A DNA stretch of 64,000 nucleotides from an uncultured Gemmatimonadales bacterium (GTDB lineage Bacteria; Gemmatimonadota; Gemmatimonadetes; Gemmatimonadales; GWC2-71-9): the NCBI GenBank assembly GCA_963830455.1, contig CAWHMT010000004.1, positions 434,644 through 498,643 of the forward strand, in the 5' to 3' direction. A program made the position numbers and the translations under genes. Under the pieces are notes generated by a model that made no database searches, was not told the origin of the DNA, and saw only the letters and a list, made by a program, of their open reading frames with translations. Positions 1 to 8,570 of this stretch are shown piece by piece; positions within the stretch are counted from its first letter, which is position 1; each line of letters opens with the position of its first letter.

Positions 1-436
1 CGGACCGGCCGCGGGGCATGCCCTCCGCCCCCTTGAGTGGCAGCCGGTCCGGGGGCAGGAGCGAGGCGCCCAGGACCTGCGCGCACCGGCGCTCGAGCAC
101 GTCGCCCGTCTGGTCATGCATGTCCTTCGTGATTGCGGCGAGCGTGGCGCCTTCCATCTGCTTCAGCTTGATGGCGAGCAGTTGGAGAAAGTGGCGATAG
201 GAGTAGGTGGCGGCCGTGCCCCGGCCTTCGGGCGGGCTCACCAGCCCCCGGGTGACGTAGAAGCGGATCGTGCGCTCGCTCGGCGCGGCCCGCGCGGCGG
301 CATTGATCGGCGTGACGGCTGAGGCGTCGAGCACAGCTCCTACCACCACCGAGAGGTCCCGCAGGTTCCAGGGCGCGAGGTTGCGATACTCGCGCAACAC
401 ATGCAACGGATCGGTGTGCGCGACGCCGGTCGTCAC
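1..436 (-). CDS. MerR-family HTH regulator (3' end runs off window)
   Basis: My own minus-strand translation; absent from the ORF track because no stop falls in the window. GTG at 436-434, then ...AAPSERTIRFYVTRGLVSPPEGRGTAATYSYRHFLQLLAIKLKQMEGATL..., a MerR-type HTH plus dimerisation-helix pattern. GTGA overlap with the stop of the upstream receiver gene. Confidence 0.6.
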   Translation of the reverse strand, partial: MTTGVAHTDPLHVLREYRNLAPWNLRDLSVVVGAVLDASAVTPINAAARAAPSERTIRFYVTRGLVSPPEGRGTAATYSYRHFLQLLAIKLKQMEGATLAAITKDMHDQTGDVLERRCAQVLGASLLPPDRLPLKGAEGMPRGRS

Positions 437-849
437 GCGTCCATCGCGTCCGACGCGCGGTTGCTCTGCAAGACAAGCGCGACCCAGTCCGCGACCTGCT
501 GCAGGTTGAACGGCTTGCGGAGCACGACGCACCGGTGATGCTCGAGCCAGGTGCGCACTTCTTCGGCTTCGGCGTCGCCAGTCATGATCGCGATCCGTCC
601 ATCCAGCCGCGGCCAGCGATGAATGATCGCCAGATACAGCGCGAGTCCGGACATCGTGGGCAGGTGGATGTCGAGCAGCAGCGCGTCGGCCTCCTCGGAG
701 TTGAGCAGCTCGTAGGCTGTCTCCGCCGTCCCGGCGCTGAGCACCCGGTAGCCGTTGCGCTCGAGGTACCGCTCGAGCACGCGACGCAGGCCCGCTTCAT
801 CATCGACGAGCAGGACCGTCGGCCGGTTGCGCGGAGGCGACGTCATCAC
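433..849 (-). CDS. Single-domain response regulator (CheY-like receiver)
   Basis: TVLLVDDE...ADALLLDIHLPTMSG...LRKPF receiver motifs. ATGA overlap with the upstream AraC-like gene. Confidence 0.9.
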   Translation of the reverse strand: MMTSPPRNRPTVLLVDDEAGLRRVLERYLERNGYRVLSAGTAETAYELLNSEEADALLLDIHLPTMSGLALYLAIIHRWPRLDGRIAIMTGDAEAEEVRTWLEHHRCVVLRKPFNLQQVADWVALVLQSNRASDAMDA

Positions 850-1646
850 GAGGCGGTCGCTGCGTTGGAGCGCGCCGGTGTCAGGAATTTCTGCACGATG
901 CGCGCGGTGGCTTCATCCGCGGTCAACGACAGCCGCATTTCACCCGCCGTAAGACCGAGGTACTTCTTGGCGTGCTGCTGGAGCGTCTTGGCCTGCGCAT
1001 ACCCGAGGCGCTTGGCGACGTCTTCGATGGTGAAGCCGGGATCCCGCAGCAGGCGGTGCGCGTAGAGCACGCGCGCGGCCGCAAGAATCTCCCGCGGGCT
1101 CCGCAGCCCTGCGCGCGCGAACCAGCGCGCGCACGTGCCCCGATCGATGCGCGCCCGGGCGGCGAATTGCTGGATCGTCTGCACTTCCCCGGGTGTGCGG
1201 AGCGCGTCCTTGAGCACCCAGCGGAGCTCGCTGGGGAGCGGCGCCAGGGCCGCGCTGAGCTGGTTGAACAGTTGCTGGGACGCCGCGTGGGTCGCTTCGG
1301 CGGAGAGCAGGTCGCGCAGGTGCTCGGGATGATCTTCGGTTCGACCCAAGACGACCTGCGTGATGCCGCATTTGCCCATCGCGAGCAGGACGGGAGCGAG
1401 CTCGGGGGTGAGCATCGGGGTGTAGAGAATCAGCGGCAGCGATGGGAACAGGACGCGCAAGCGCTCGACTTCCTGTCCCCGCGACCCGCCGAGCATGGGA
1501 TCGACGACGGCAATTTCCACGGGCCGGCCGCGAATCGTTTCGAGCGCAATGTCCCAGGTGGGCGCTCGCGCCAGCACAAAGTCCGGCGCGACGGCGCTGC
1601 GCAGCCGCTGGTACTGGATGTCTGAAACCGCCGCGAGGACCAGCAT
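846..1646 (-). CDS. AraC/XylS-family transcriptional regulator with receiver-like N-terminal domain
   Basis: C-terminal dual HTH (IQQFAARARIDRGTCARWFARAGL...IEDVAKRLGYAQAKTLQQHAKKYLG). N-terminal MLVLAAVSD...IAVVDPML has a flavodoxin/REC-like pattern. Start set at ATG 1646; the ORF track extends to TTG 1769. Confidence 0.8.
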   Translation of the reverse strand: MLVLAAVSDIQYQRLRSAVAPDFVLARAPTWDIALETIRGRPVEIAVVDPMLGGSRGQEVERLRVLFPSLPLILYTPMLTPELAPVLLAMGKCGITQVVLGRTEDHPEHLRDLLSAEATHAASQQLFNQLSAALAPLPSELRWVLKDALRTPGEVQTIQQFAARARIDRGTCARWFARAGLRSPREILAAARVLYAHRLLRDPGFTIEDVAKRLGYAQAKTLQQHAKKYLGLTAGEMRLSLTADEATARIVQKFLTPARSNAATAS

Positions 1647-1678
1647 TTCCCTACACGTCCTCCGGAAGAATCCGTGAG

Positions 1679-1722
1679 TGCCGCAAAATCGCCCTACGAT
1701 GCCGCAAAAACGCCCTAAACGA
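1679..1722. repeat. Tandem direct repeat TGCCGCAAAATCGCCCTACGA / TGCCGCAAAAACGCCCTAAACGA, candidate AraC-type operator
   Basis: Two adjacent 21/23-nt near-identical units in the divergent region between the AraC-like gene (start 1646) and the small ORF at 1788. Confidence 0.55.
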
Positions 1723-1787
1723 ACGCTCTGCCCCCGTTCAAGTTGGAGGTTTAACGAGTCCCCATCCAACTCGACCGTGGAGGTGTC

Positions 1788-1913
1788 ATGGCCCGCCGCA
1801 TCCGCTTCGCTCTGGTGCTGTTCCTCGTTTCCTTTGCTCTGTCCGCGGCCGCGTGTGCCGATGCGTCTGGACCCAGCGAGACCACCTGCGACCAGAACAA
1901 CCCGCTCTGCTAG
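1788..1913 (+). CDS. 41-aa predicted lipoprotein/secreted Cys-rich peptide
   Basis: Not in the ORF track (<60 aa). GGAGG at 1778-1782, 5 nt upstream of the ATG. MARRIRFALVLFLVSFALSAAAC|ADASGPSETTCDQNNPLC has a lipobox-like LSAAAC. Double stop TAGTAG. Confidence 0.5.
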   Translation: MARRIRFALVLFLVSFALSAAACADASGPSETTCDQNNPLC

Positions 1914-1916
1914 TAG

Positions 1917-3200
1917 TCATGTCGCGAGGGCTGCAAGGGAAGCCGAAACTTCCCTGAGCGATTCAGATTGAATAGCGGTATTGAGTGCGGCGCTTCCGGT
2001 ATCTTCGGGAGCGCCGCATGTCCTCAGGCCTCCCAACATCCGCTCGATTCGGAACACCATTTCGTTGAGATCGTGCGTCACGGCGATGTCGTGCGCTTGC
2101 GCCAACTCCGCCTCGGCCCTCCGGAAGTTCTCAAACCGCGCAAAGCCGATTCCGGCCTTCAGGTGATAGTCGGCACGGATGTTGGGGGCGCAGGGATGAT
2201 CATTTGCGAAGATGCGCTCACGCCAGCGCTCAAAACTCACGCGATCGCGTCGGAACGAAGCGCAGTTCATCAGTTCGATCATCGCGTTGGCGACGAGCTC
2301 GGGTGTCGCACGGGAGCGCAGAACATGCTGTAGGGCGTGCTCCGCTGCTTCGACTTCGCCGAGCGACAGCAGCGCCAGCCCAAGGTCACCCATCGCGCGC
2401 GCCTGCGTCGTCTCGTCTTCGTACAACTCATACGAACGCCACAGATGCGGGACTCCCTCATGCGCTTCTCCTCGACGCACCAGGATGTTGCCCAGGCCGT
2501 GCTCGGCTTGCGCCTCGACCGCGCGGAAGCCCGCGGCGATCGCATCGGCGAGTACAGCCCGCCATGCCTCTTCGGCGCCCACCAAGTTGCCCCGGAAATG
2601 GAGGACGTTGCAATGCCCGACCCGACTGAGCAGCACTGACAACGCATCATGGTTTTCCGTGGCGATGCGGCCGGCTTCGGTAAATGCCGCGTCCGCGAGA
2701 TCGAAGTCCGTCTGAAGTCGCCGCACGCGGCCCAACCGCCACCACGCGCTGATTCGATCCGTCGCCGGAAGCCGCTCCTGGCCGATGCGAATCATCGTCT
2801 CCAGGGCGTCACTCGCTTCTTCGAAGTGCGATTCCTGCTCGAGGAATAGCGCGTACGCGAACAACGCCGGAGCGACAAGCGTGATGTCGCCAGCGCCATG
2901 AGCTTCACCGGTGGCTCGGACAATGCCGCTGAGGTGGGATGCCTCGGTGCCTTCGCCGGCCAGCTCGAAGCAATAACGCTCGGTCGCCGCCCACTGATAG
3001 CGAAACACGTCGGGCGTCGGTGGCTCACGATCGGGCGACAAGAGATCCACGAAGCGCAGGGCGAGAAATGCACCCTGACCCAGGCGGACTTCTGGAGAGG
3101 TTGCCGGTTCGCCAGCCACCCGCTGCAGAAACACCGCGTGAGGTAGGCCGGCGGACCGAGTCGGGGTCCTATTGGTCATCAGGCTCCGCAATTGCAGCAC
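1917..3200 (-). CDS. Hypothetical protein, all-helical TPR-like repeats
   Basis: 427-aa ORF with recurring A/L/E-rich helical hairpin pattern (e.g. AEEAWRAVLADAIAAG, EAAEHALQHVL, RRAEAELAQAHDIA). No catalytic motif recognised. Confidence 0.5.
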   Translation of the reverse strand: MLQLRSLMTNRTPTRSAGLPHAVFLQRVAGEPATSPEVRLGQGAFLALRFVDLLSPDREPPTPDVFRYQWAATERYCFELAGEGTEASHLSGIVRATGEAHGAGDITLVAPALFAYALFLEQESHFEEASDALETMIRIGQERLPATDRISAWWRLGRVRRLQTDFDLADAAFTEAGRIATENHDALSVLLSRVGHCNVLHFRGNLVGAEEAWRAVLADAIAAGFRAVEAQAEHGLGNILVRRGEAHEGVPHLWRSYELYEDETTQARAMGDLGLALLSLGEVEAAEHALQHVLRSRATPELVANAMIELMNCASFRRDRVSFERWRERIFANDHPCAPNIRADYHLKAGIGFARFENFRRAEAELAQAHDIAVTHDLNEMVFRIERMLGGLRTCGAPEDTGSAALNTAIQSESLREVSASLAALAT

Positions 3201-3342
3201 CCGTGCCGAGCGGCAAGATCAATTCGAGCACCAACATAGCGCAGCCCGCTGCGGTGCGTTAGACGGCAAATGGCGCGTTTTCGGGCTTTTCACCGTGGTT
3301 TTTCGATGCCGCACCCATGTAGGGAAGCGCCTATAAACGCTC

Positions 3343-3783
3343 ATGCGCAAGGGCTTCGATGTAGGGTTTACCGTACTCGAGCTGATGGTGGTGATCTGCA
3401 TCGCCGGACTGCTCGCGTCCCTCTGGCTGCCTCGTGCTGCCCGCTCGATGGACTGGATCAACACGCAGCGGGCACTTCGCGACATCACGACCGCGCTTGC
3501 GGTTGCGCGTCACGGCGCTGTTCTGCACGGGACGCGGGCTCGCCTGACGATCCGTGCCGACACACTGCGAATCGATCGACTCGAGACAACCGGCTGGCAG
3601 CCGTGGTGGCGCGGGCCAGGACCCGCAAGCCATGGCGTTCTGTTACAAGTCTCGAACCCAATTGTCGTGTTCGGCCCTAACGGGATGGGATGGGGGGCGT
3701 CCAACACGACGGTCATCGTCAGCCGCGGGTCTCAAGCCGAAACGATCACCGTCTCGCGAGTGGGCCGAGTGAAGCTCTGGTAG
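3343..3783 (+). CDS. Type IV pilin-like / GspH-FimT family pseudopilin
   Basis: Prepilin N-terminus MRKGFDVG|FTVLELMVVICIAGLLA (class III signal, conserved Glu at mature position 5). Confidence 0.75.
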   Translation: MRKGFDVGFTVLELMVVICIAGLLASLWLPRAARSMDWINTQRALRDITTALAVARHGAVLHGTRARLTIRADTLRIDRLETTGWQPWWRGPGPASHGVLLQVSNPIVVFGPNGMGWGASNTTVIVSRGSQAETITVSRVGRVKLW

Positions 3784-3894
3784 ATGCAACCGTTCAGCAC
3801 GTTGATGCATCTAATCGTATGAAACTTGGATGCGCTGATGTGCGTAGCAGAAAAGGTCGCGGTCGAAGTGTGACGGCCACTTCGCCCGACCGCC

Positions 3895-3924
3895 AACCCC
3901 GGGGAGCTGTAACGCCCCGGGGTT
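3895..3924. terminator. Bidirectional hairpin terminator between convergent genes
   Basis: AACCCCGGGG-N10-CCCCGGGGTT: perfect 10-bp stem followed by TGGTCTTTT. Confidence 0.6.
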
Positions 3925-3931
3925 TGGTCTT

Positions 3932-5005
3932 TTACCCCGTTGGACCCCCTTCTTCATCGAGGTAGACGAGCGTCTGCCGCCGGCCCACGATACGGACGAG
4001 CGCCTCGTAGACTTGCGTGTCGAGCACCGTGCCGGAAAGGTCCGTCATTCGCTCCACGGCCTGTTCCGGCGTCATCTGTTCCTGATACGGTCGTGACGTT
4101 GTGAGGGCGTCGTAAATTTCGGCCGCCGCGATGATGCGGCCACCGATCGGAATGTCCCCGCCACTCAACCCATCCGGATAGCCGGTGCCGTCGACGCGCT
4201 CGTGATGGCTCCTGACCATCGAAACGACGTCCCCCAAATGCACGAGTGGCGCGAGGATCTGCGCCCCGATGATGACGTGCTGTTTCACGTGCTCGAACTC
4301 TTCAGGGGTGAGCGGCCCTTCCTTACTCACCACGGCGTCACGCGTTCCGATCTTGCCGAGATCGTGCAGCCGTCCCGCCATGCGCACGCGCTCCACGTCC
4401 TCTTCGTTCAGGCCCATCTCGGTCGCCACATTGGCCGACAGATCAGCGACGCGCGCGGAGTGGCCGCGCAGGTAGGGATCCTTGGCCTCGAGCGCGTTGA
4501 CGAGGGCCTCGAGCGTGGCGGTGGAAATCCGCTCCATGCGGTGCTGCTGGCGGTGCAGCTCCGCGGTGCGGGTCGTGACTTCTTCCTTGAGCCATTGATT
4601 CAAATGCCGGCTTTCGAGCTGCATCTCGCGCCGTTTCACGGCCCGTTGCACGGCACGCCCCAAATCGACCAGCTCGATCGGTTTGGTGAGGTAATCCATC
4701 GCGCCGCGCTGCATACAGAGCGCCGCGCTCGTCGCATCGTTGACGGCAGTGAGCATGAGAATCGCGAGGTCGGGTTCGATCTCGAGCGCATGCGGCACGA
4801 GGTCTACGCCGCTCGTGCCGGGCATACGGATGTCCGAGAGCATCAGCGCGATCTTATGGAGCCGCAGCTGTTGCAGTGCTTCATCCGCCGAGCCGGCCGT
4901 GTACACCTCGAACTGCTGTTGCTTGAGAAACTTGCGCAGTGCGTTTCGGATCGGCTCTTCATCGTCGACAACGAGGACCGTCACGACCCCGGTCTGAGCA
5001 GTCAA
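3932..5005 (-). CDS. Response regulator with HD-GYP (c-di-GMP phosphodiesterase) output domain
   Basis: REC (VLVVDDEEPIR...MLSDIRMPGTSG...TKP) plus HD-GYP (GRLHDLGKIG...HHERVDGTGYPDGL). Confidence 0.9.
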   Translation of the reverse strand: MTAQTGVVTVLVVDDEEPIRNALRKFLKQQQFEVYTAGSADEALQQLRLHKIALMLSDIRMPGTSGVDLVPHALEIEPDLAILMLTAVNDATSAALCMQRGAMDYLTKPIELVDLGRAVQRAVKRREMQLESRHLNQWLKEEVTTRTAELHRQQHRMERISTATLEALVNALEAKDPYLRGHSARVADLSANVATEMGLNEEDVERVRMAGRLHDLGKIGTRDAVVSKEGPLTPEEFEHVKQHVIIGAQILAPLVHLGDVVSMVRSHHERVDGTGYPDGLSGGDIPIGGRIIAAAEIYDALTTSRPYQEQMTPEQAVERMTDLSGTVLDTQVYEALVRIVGRRQTLVYLDEEGGPTG

Positions 5006-5035
5006 CCAAGTTCTCCCTGTAAACGCTGGGGCAAA

Positions 5036-5869
5036 CTAGGAATCGGCCGAGACGAACGCCAGGTCCACAGGTGCTGGGATGAGTCCCGCGCGATACGCGC
5101 GCTCCAGCAATTCGCTCACCGCCTGCCTTCCGACAGGTCCGTAATCAACCGTGTAGGTGTTCACGTACATCCCCACGAACCGGTCGGTCCGCTCTGCATC
5201 GAGTCCGCGACTATAGCCTCGCGCATGTCGCAGCGCCTCGGTGCGGTGCGCGAGTCCGTATTCGATGCTCGCCTTGAGATCGCGGGCAATTGCCCCCATC
5301 AACTCGTCGCCGAGATCGCGACGCACCACATTGCCGCCGAGTGGGAGCGGCAGGCTCGTCTCCCGGTGCCACCACTCGCCCATGTCCGCCCACAGCTGCA
5401 GGCCGCGATCGGCATAGGTGAGCTGACCCTCGTGAATCAAGATGCCCGCATCTGCCTTTCCTGCGGCCACGAAATCCTCGATCTGATCGAAGGGGACGAC
5501 CACGTGGCGAGCGTCCGGCTGATACAGCCGCAGCGCGAGGAACGCGGTGGTGAGCTCGCCGGGGACCGCGACCAGCCGGTCCCGGAGCGCGGCGCGCGGA
5601 TTTGGCGGCGCGCTTTCGCGGCTTACGATGCGTGGACCGTAGCGGTCACCGATGCTGGCGCCGTGCGCGAGCAGCGCGTACCGATCCGCGAGGTAGGCGT
5701 AGGCGTGCAGCGACACGGCGGTGACCTCGAGCTCGCCGGCGAGGGCGCGGCGGTTCAGGCTTTCGATGTCGCCCAGTTCGTGGACATAGCGCCGGCCTTC
5801 CGTGTCGATCTTGCCGGCAGCCATCGCCCAGAACATGAACGCATCATCGGCGTCCGGACTGTGCGCCAC
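5036..5869 (-). CDS. MqnA/MqnD/SBP-family protein (futalosine-pathway-like)
   Basis: N-terminal AHSPDADDAFMFWAM..GKID...DIESLN pattern typical of the family. GTG start, so the N-terminus may be slightly mis-set. Confidence 0.6.
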   Translation of the reverse strand: MAHSPDADDAFMFWAMAAGKIDTEGRRYVHELGDIESLNRRALAGELEVTAVSLHAYAYLADRYALLAHGASIGDRYGPRIVSRESAPPNPRAALRDRLVAVPGELTTAFLALRLYQPDARHVVVPFDQIEDFVAAGKADAGILIHEGQLTYADRGLQLWADMGEWWHRETSLPLPLGGNVVRRDLGDELMGAIARDLKASIEYGLAHRTEALRHARGYSRGLDAERTDRFVGMYVNTYTVDYGPVGRQAVSELLERAYRAGLIPAPVDLAFVSADS

Positions 5870-5913
5870 GCGGATGATACCGGGATGCGGAATACGGGAA
5901 ACGGGAGGCGTGG

Positions 5914-6600
5914 TTACGTGCCGGCCCCTCCCCGACCCGTGACCCGCGACGCCTCGGCCCTGAAGCTGGTCAAAGCATCGGCGTGATCGACGTACTCGGG
6001 CCGGTTTTTTGCCTTTTCTGAGGGCTCGGTGCGCAGGAAGTCCGAATACGCCCGGCGCTCCTGCTGCGTATTCCCGCTCTGCTGATACGCGTGCGCGCGC
6101 AGTACGTAGATGAAGAGATGTGTGGGGGTTGAGCGCTGGATCGTATCGGCCTCGGCCAGGGCTGCCTCGACGTCGCCACCCGCAAGCTGGAGCAGGCCGA
6201 TGTGATAGCGCGCATCGGCGTCGAGCGCCGGGAGCTGGCTGTAGGCGCCCAGCGCCATGGGAAGAAAGAAACGCACGCTGTCGGCTTTACCCGCTTCAGC
6301 CAGGATCATGACTTTATTGAACAGGCGATTGGCCCGTTCTGCCGGTGACATTTGCGAGATGTCGGTAACAGGGAGCCGGGAGCCGGGAGCAGTGGGTTCG
6401 GCTCTTGGCTCTCTGCTTCCTGCTCCGCCTCCACGCATCACGACGACGGTAAGCAACGCCCCTAACGCCGCCCCGGCCAACGCCCACGGGAATGCAGCTT
6501 TCCAACCACCCGGCTGCGCGCCGGCCGTCACGGCCGCCCCGCACTTGTGACAGAATTTGGCGGCGGGAGAGAGCTGGGCACCACACGCATGACAGGTCAT
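5914..6600 (-). CDS. Zinc-ribbon membrane protein with C-terminal TPR-like domain
   Basis: MTCHACGAQLSPAAKFCHKCGAAV (C-x2-C...C-x2-C), one TM (WALAGAALGALLTVVVM), then helical repeats. Start moved to ATG 6600; the upstream part of the ORF-track ORF has no features. Confidence 0.6.
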   Translation of the reverse strand: MTCHACGAQLSPAAKFCHKCGAAVTAGAQPGGWKAAFPWALAGAALGALLTVVVMRGGGAGSREPRAEPTAPGSRLPVTDISQMSPAERANRLFNKVMILAEAGKADSVRFFLPMALGAYSQLPALDADARYHIGLLQLAGGDVEAALAEADTIQRSTPTHLFIYVLRAHAYQQSGNTQQERRAYSDFLRTEPSEKAKNRPEYVDHADALTSFRAEASRVTGRGGAGT

Positions 6601-6657
6601 AGGATGGGAATGTAACCCGGGCTGGCGGCGGCCACGAAAGCCGGTAGTGTTTTGCGC

Positions 6658-6909
6658 ATGGCCGGGACCGAGTACGGCAAGCATATGGGGGAGCTCAAGC
6701 GCGGCGAGCAGCGCTGGGATGTGTATTTGGAGGGCCAGCCGGACACGACCCTGGGCGCCGTCCGGGGGCGGATCCACTTCGTGAGCGGGTCCGGGCAGCT
6801 GCATAAGGTGACGGGTTGGATCTTCCTGGAGTGGCAGGAGAAGGACATTCAGGAGCGATTCGGGGAGTTTTCAGCGGTCGAGTTGTTACACTTCGTGGAA
6901 GCATTGTAG
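6658..6909 (+). CDS. Hypothetical small protein (83 aa)
   Basis: Strong GC3 bias in frame. ATG at 6658. Weak hairpin plus T-run at 6959-6980 downstream. Confidence 0.55.
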   Translation: MAGTEYGKHMGELKRGEQRWDVYLEGQPDTTLGAVRGRIHFVSGSGQLHKVTGWIFLEWQEKDIQERFGEFSAVELLHFVEAL

Positions 6910-6981
6910 CGCATTTGCTGCACATTCTGGCCAACAATCTGCACATTTCCACATCACCAATCGGCGAATAGCCGATTTTTC

Positions 6982-6996
6982 GTGCATTTCATGCAC
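6982..6996. promoter_or_regulatory. Palindrome GTGCAT-TTC-ATGCAC, with two CTGCACAT copies at 6918 and 6939; candidate enhancer/activator sites
   Basis: Perfect 6-bp arms. The CTGCACAT copies are 21 nt apart. TGCAC-containing half-sites resemble NtrC-type sites. Confidence 0.35.
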
Positions 6997-7003
6997 GAAT
7001 TCC

Positions 7004-7032
7004 TTGACACCAATCAGGACCACCTCTACCTT
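7004..7032 (+). promoter_or_regulatory. Sigma70-like promoter TTGACA-N17-TACCTT upstream of glnA
   Basis: Exact -35 hexamer, 17-nt spacer, TAnnnT -10. Confidence 0.45.
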
Positions 7033-7036
7033 CATT

Positions 7037-7052
7037 TGGCCCGCCGCTTGCA
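7037..7052 (+). promoter_or_regulatory. Sigma54-like promoter TGGCCC-N5-TTGCA upstream of glnA
   Basis: Matches the TGGCAC-N5-TTGCW consensus at all but one position. Lies 37 nt upstream of the ATG, with GGAAGGAG SD at 7071-7078. Confidence 0.5.
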
Positions 7053-7088
7053 ACAGCACTGCACCGACTCGGGAAGGAGACCCGCTCA

Positions 7089-8564
7089 ATGACAGCTACG
7101 CTGGAACCGACCGCCGCTACCGGGGGGTCCCCCAAAGCGACCACCGGTCCGACGCCGGCGGATGTGATCCGTCGTGCCAAAGAAGCCGGAGTACAGATCG
7201 TGGACGTCAGGTTCACCGACCTGCCTGGCACCTGGCAGCATTTCTCGATCCCGCTGAAGGAGCTCGAGGAAGACACGTTCACCGACGGCCTGGGATTCGA
7301 CGGATCGTCGATCCGTGGATTTCAAGCGATCAACGAGAGCGACATGCTGCTGCTGCCGGATCCGGCGAGCGCGTTCGTCGATCCGTGCCTGTCGGTTCCG
7401 ACGCTGTCGCTCACCTGCGACATCGTCGACCCGATTACACGCGAGTCCTATTCGCGGGACCCGCGCTATGTCGCGCGCAAGGCGGAAGCGTTTCTGAAAA
7501 AGAGCGGCGTCGCCACGACGGCGTATTTCGGGCCCGAGGCGGAGTTCTACATCTTCAACTCCGTGCGCTTCGACCAGAACGCGCATGAGGGCTACTACCA
7601 CATCGATTCGGAAGAGGGCATCTGGAACAGCGGCACGAACGGCACGGCCAACCTCGGCCATCGTCCGCGACATAAAGAGGGATACTTCCCGGTGCCGCCC
7701 ACCGACAAGCTGCAGGATCTCCGCTCGAAGATCGTGCTCGCGATGATCGCGGCGGGTATCGACGTCGAAGTGCACCACCACGAGGTGGGCACGGCGGGGC
7801 AAACCGAGATCGATATGCGGTACAAGACGCTGACGCGCATGGCCGATCAGATCATGATGTACAAGTACATCGTGAAGAACGTCTGCTGCCAGCACGGCTA
7901 CACGGCGACGTTCATGCCGAAGCCGATGTTCGGCGACAACGGCTCGGGCATGCACGTGCACATGAGCCTGTGGAACGCCGACAAGAACCTGTTCTTCGAC
8001 AAGAACGGCTACGCGCTGATCTCCGAGTCGGCGCGCTGGTACATCGGCGGGCTGATCAAGCACGCGCCCGCGCTGCTCGCGTTCGCGGCGCCCACGACCA
8101 ACAGCTACCGCCGTCTGGTCCCGGGTTATGAAGCGCCGATCAACCTGATTTACTCGCAGCGCAACCGGTCGGCGATTTGCCGGATCCCGATGTACTCGAC
8201 GTCGCCGAAGGCGAAGCGCCTCGAGTTCCGGGCGCCCGATCCCTCAGCCAACCCGTACCTCACATTCGCGGCGCTGCTCATGGCCGGGCTCGACGGGATC
8301 AAGAACAAGATCGAGCCACCCAAGCCGATGGATGTCGATCTGTACGAGTTGGAGCCGGCCGAGCGCAAGCACGTGAAGAACACACCGGGCAGCCTGCTCG
8401 AGTCGCTGCAGGCGTTGGAAGCCGATCATGACTTCCTGCTCGAAGGCGGCGTGTTCACCCAGGACCTGCTCGACGTCTGGCTCGCGATGAAGCGGACCAA
8501 GGATGTCGACGCGGTAGCCTTGCGGCCGCATCCGTACGAGTTCGTCCTCTACTACGACGTCTAA
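7089..8564 (+). CDS. glnA: Glutamine synthetase type I (GSI-beta, E. coli-like)
   Basis: 491 aa. DGSSIRGF, GPEAEFY, NGSGMHVHMSLW, NSYRRLVPGYEAP. Conserved Tyr in DLYELEP at the position equivalent to the adenylylation site. Confidence 0.95.
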   Translation: MTATLEPTAATGGSPKATTGPTPADVIRRAKEAGVQIVDVRFTDLPGTWQHFSIPLKELEEDTFTDGLGFDGSSIRGFQAINESDMLLLPDPASAFVDPCLSVPTLSLTCDIVDPITRESYSRDPRYVARKAEAFLKKSGVATTAYFGPEAEFYIFNSVRFDQNAHEGYYHIDSEEGIWNSGTNGTANLGHRPRHKEGYFPVPPTDKLQDLRSKIVLAMIAAGIDVEVHHHEVGTAGQTEIDMRYKTLTRMADQIMMYKYIVKNVCCQHGYTATFMPKPMFGDNGSGMHVHMSLWNADKNLFFDKNGYALISESARWYIGGLIKHAPALLAFAAPTTNSYRRLVPGYEAPINLIYSQRNRSAICRIPMYSTSPKAKRLEFRAPDPSANPYLTFAALLMAGLDGIKNKIEPPKPMDVDLYELEPAERKHVKNTPGSLLESLQALEADHDFLLEGGVFTQDLLDVWLAMKRTKDVDAVALRPHPYEFVLYYDV

Positions 8565-8570
8565 TAAGGC

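Noticed and set aside
1678-1971. 97-aa ORF starting MPQNRPTMPQKRPK.
   Set aside because: Its repeated N-terminus is just the translation of the tandem DNA repeats. It overlaps the better-supported, SD-preceded 41-aa ORF in another frame.
4202-5986. 594-aa + strand ORF, the longest in this region.
   Set aside because: It runs antisense across two well-supported minus-strand genes (REC-HD-GYP and MqnA/D-like) and their intergenic gap. It is Arg/His/Leu-rich with no recognisable motif, which is typical of a high-GC antisense artefact.
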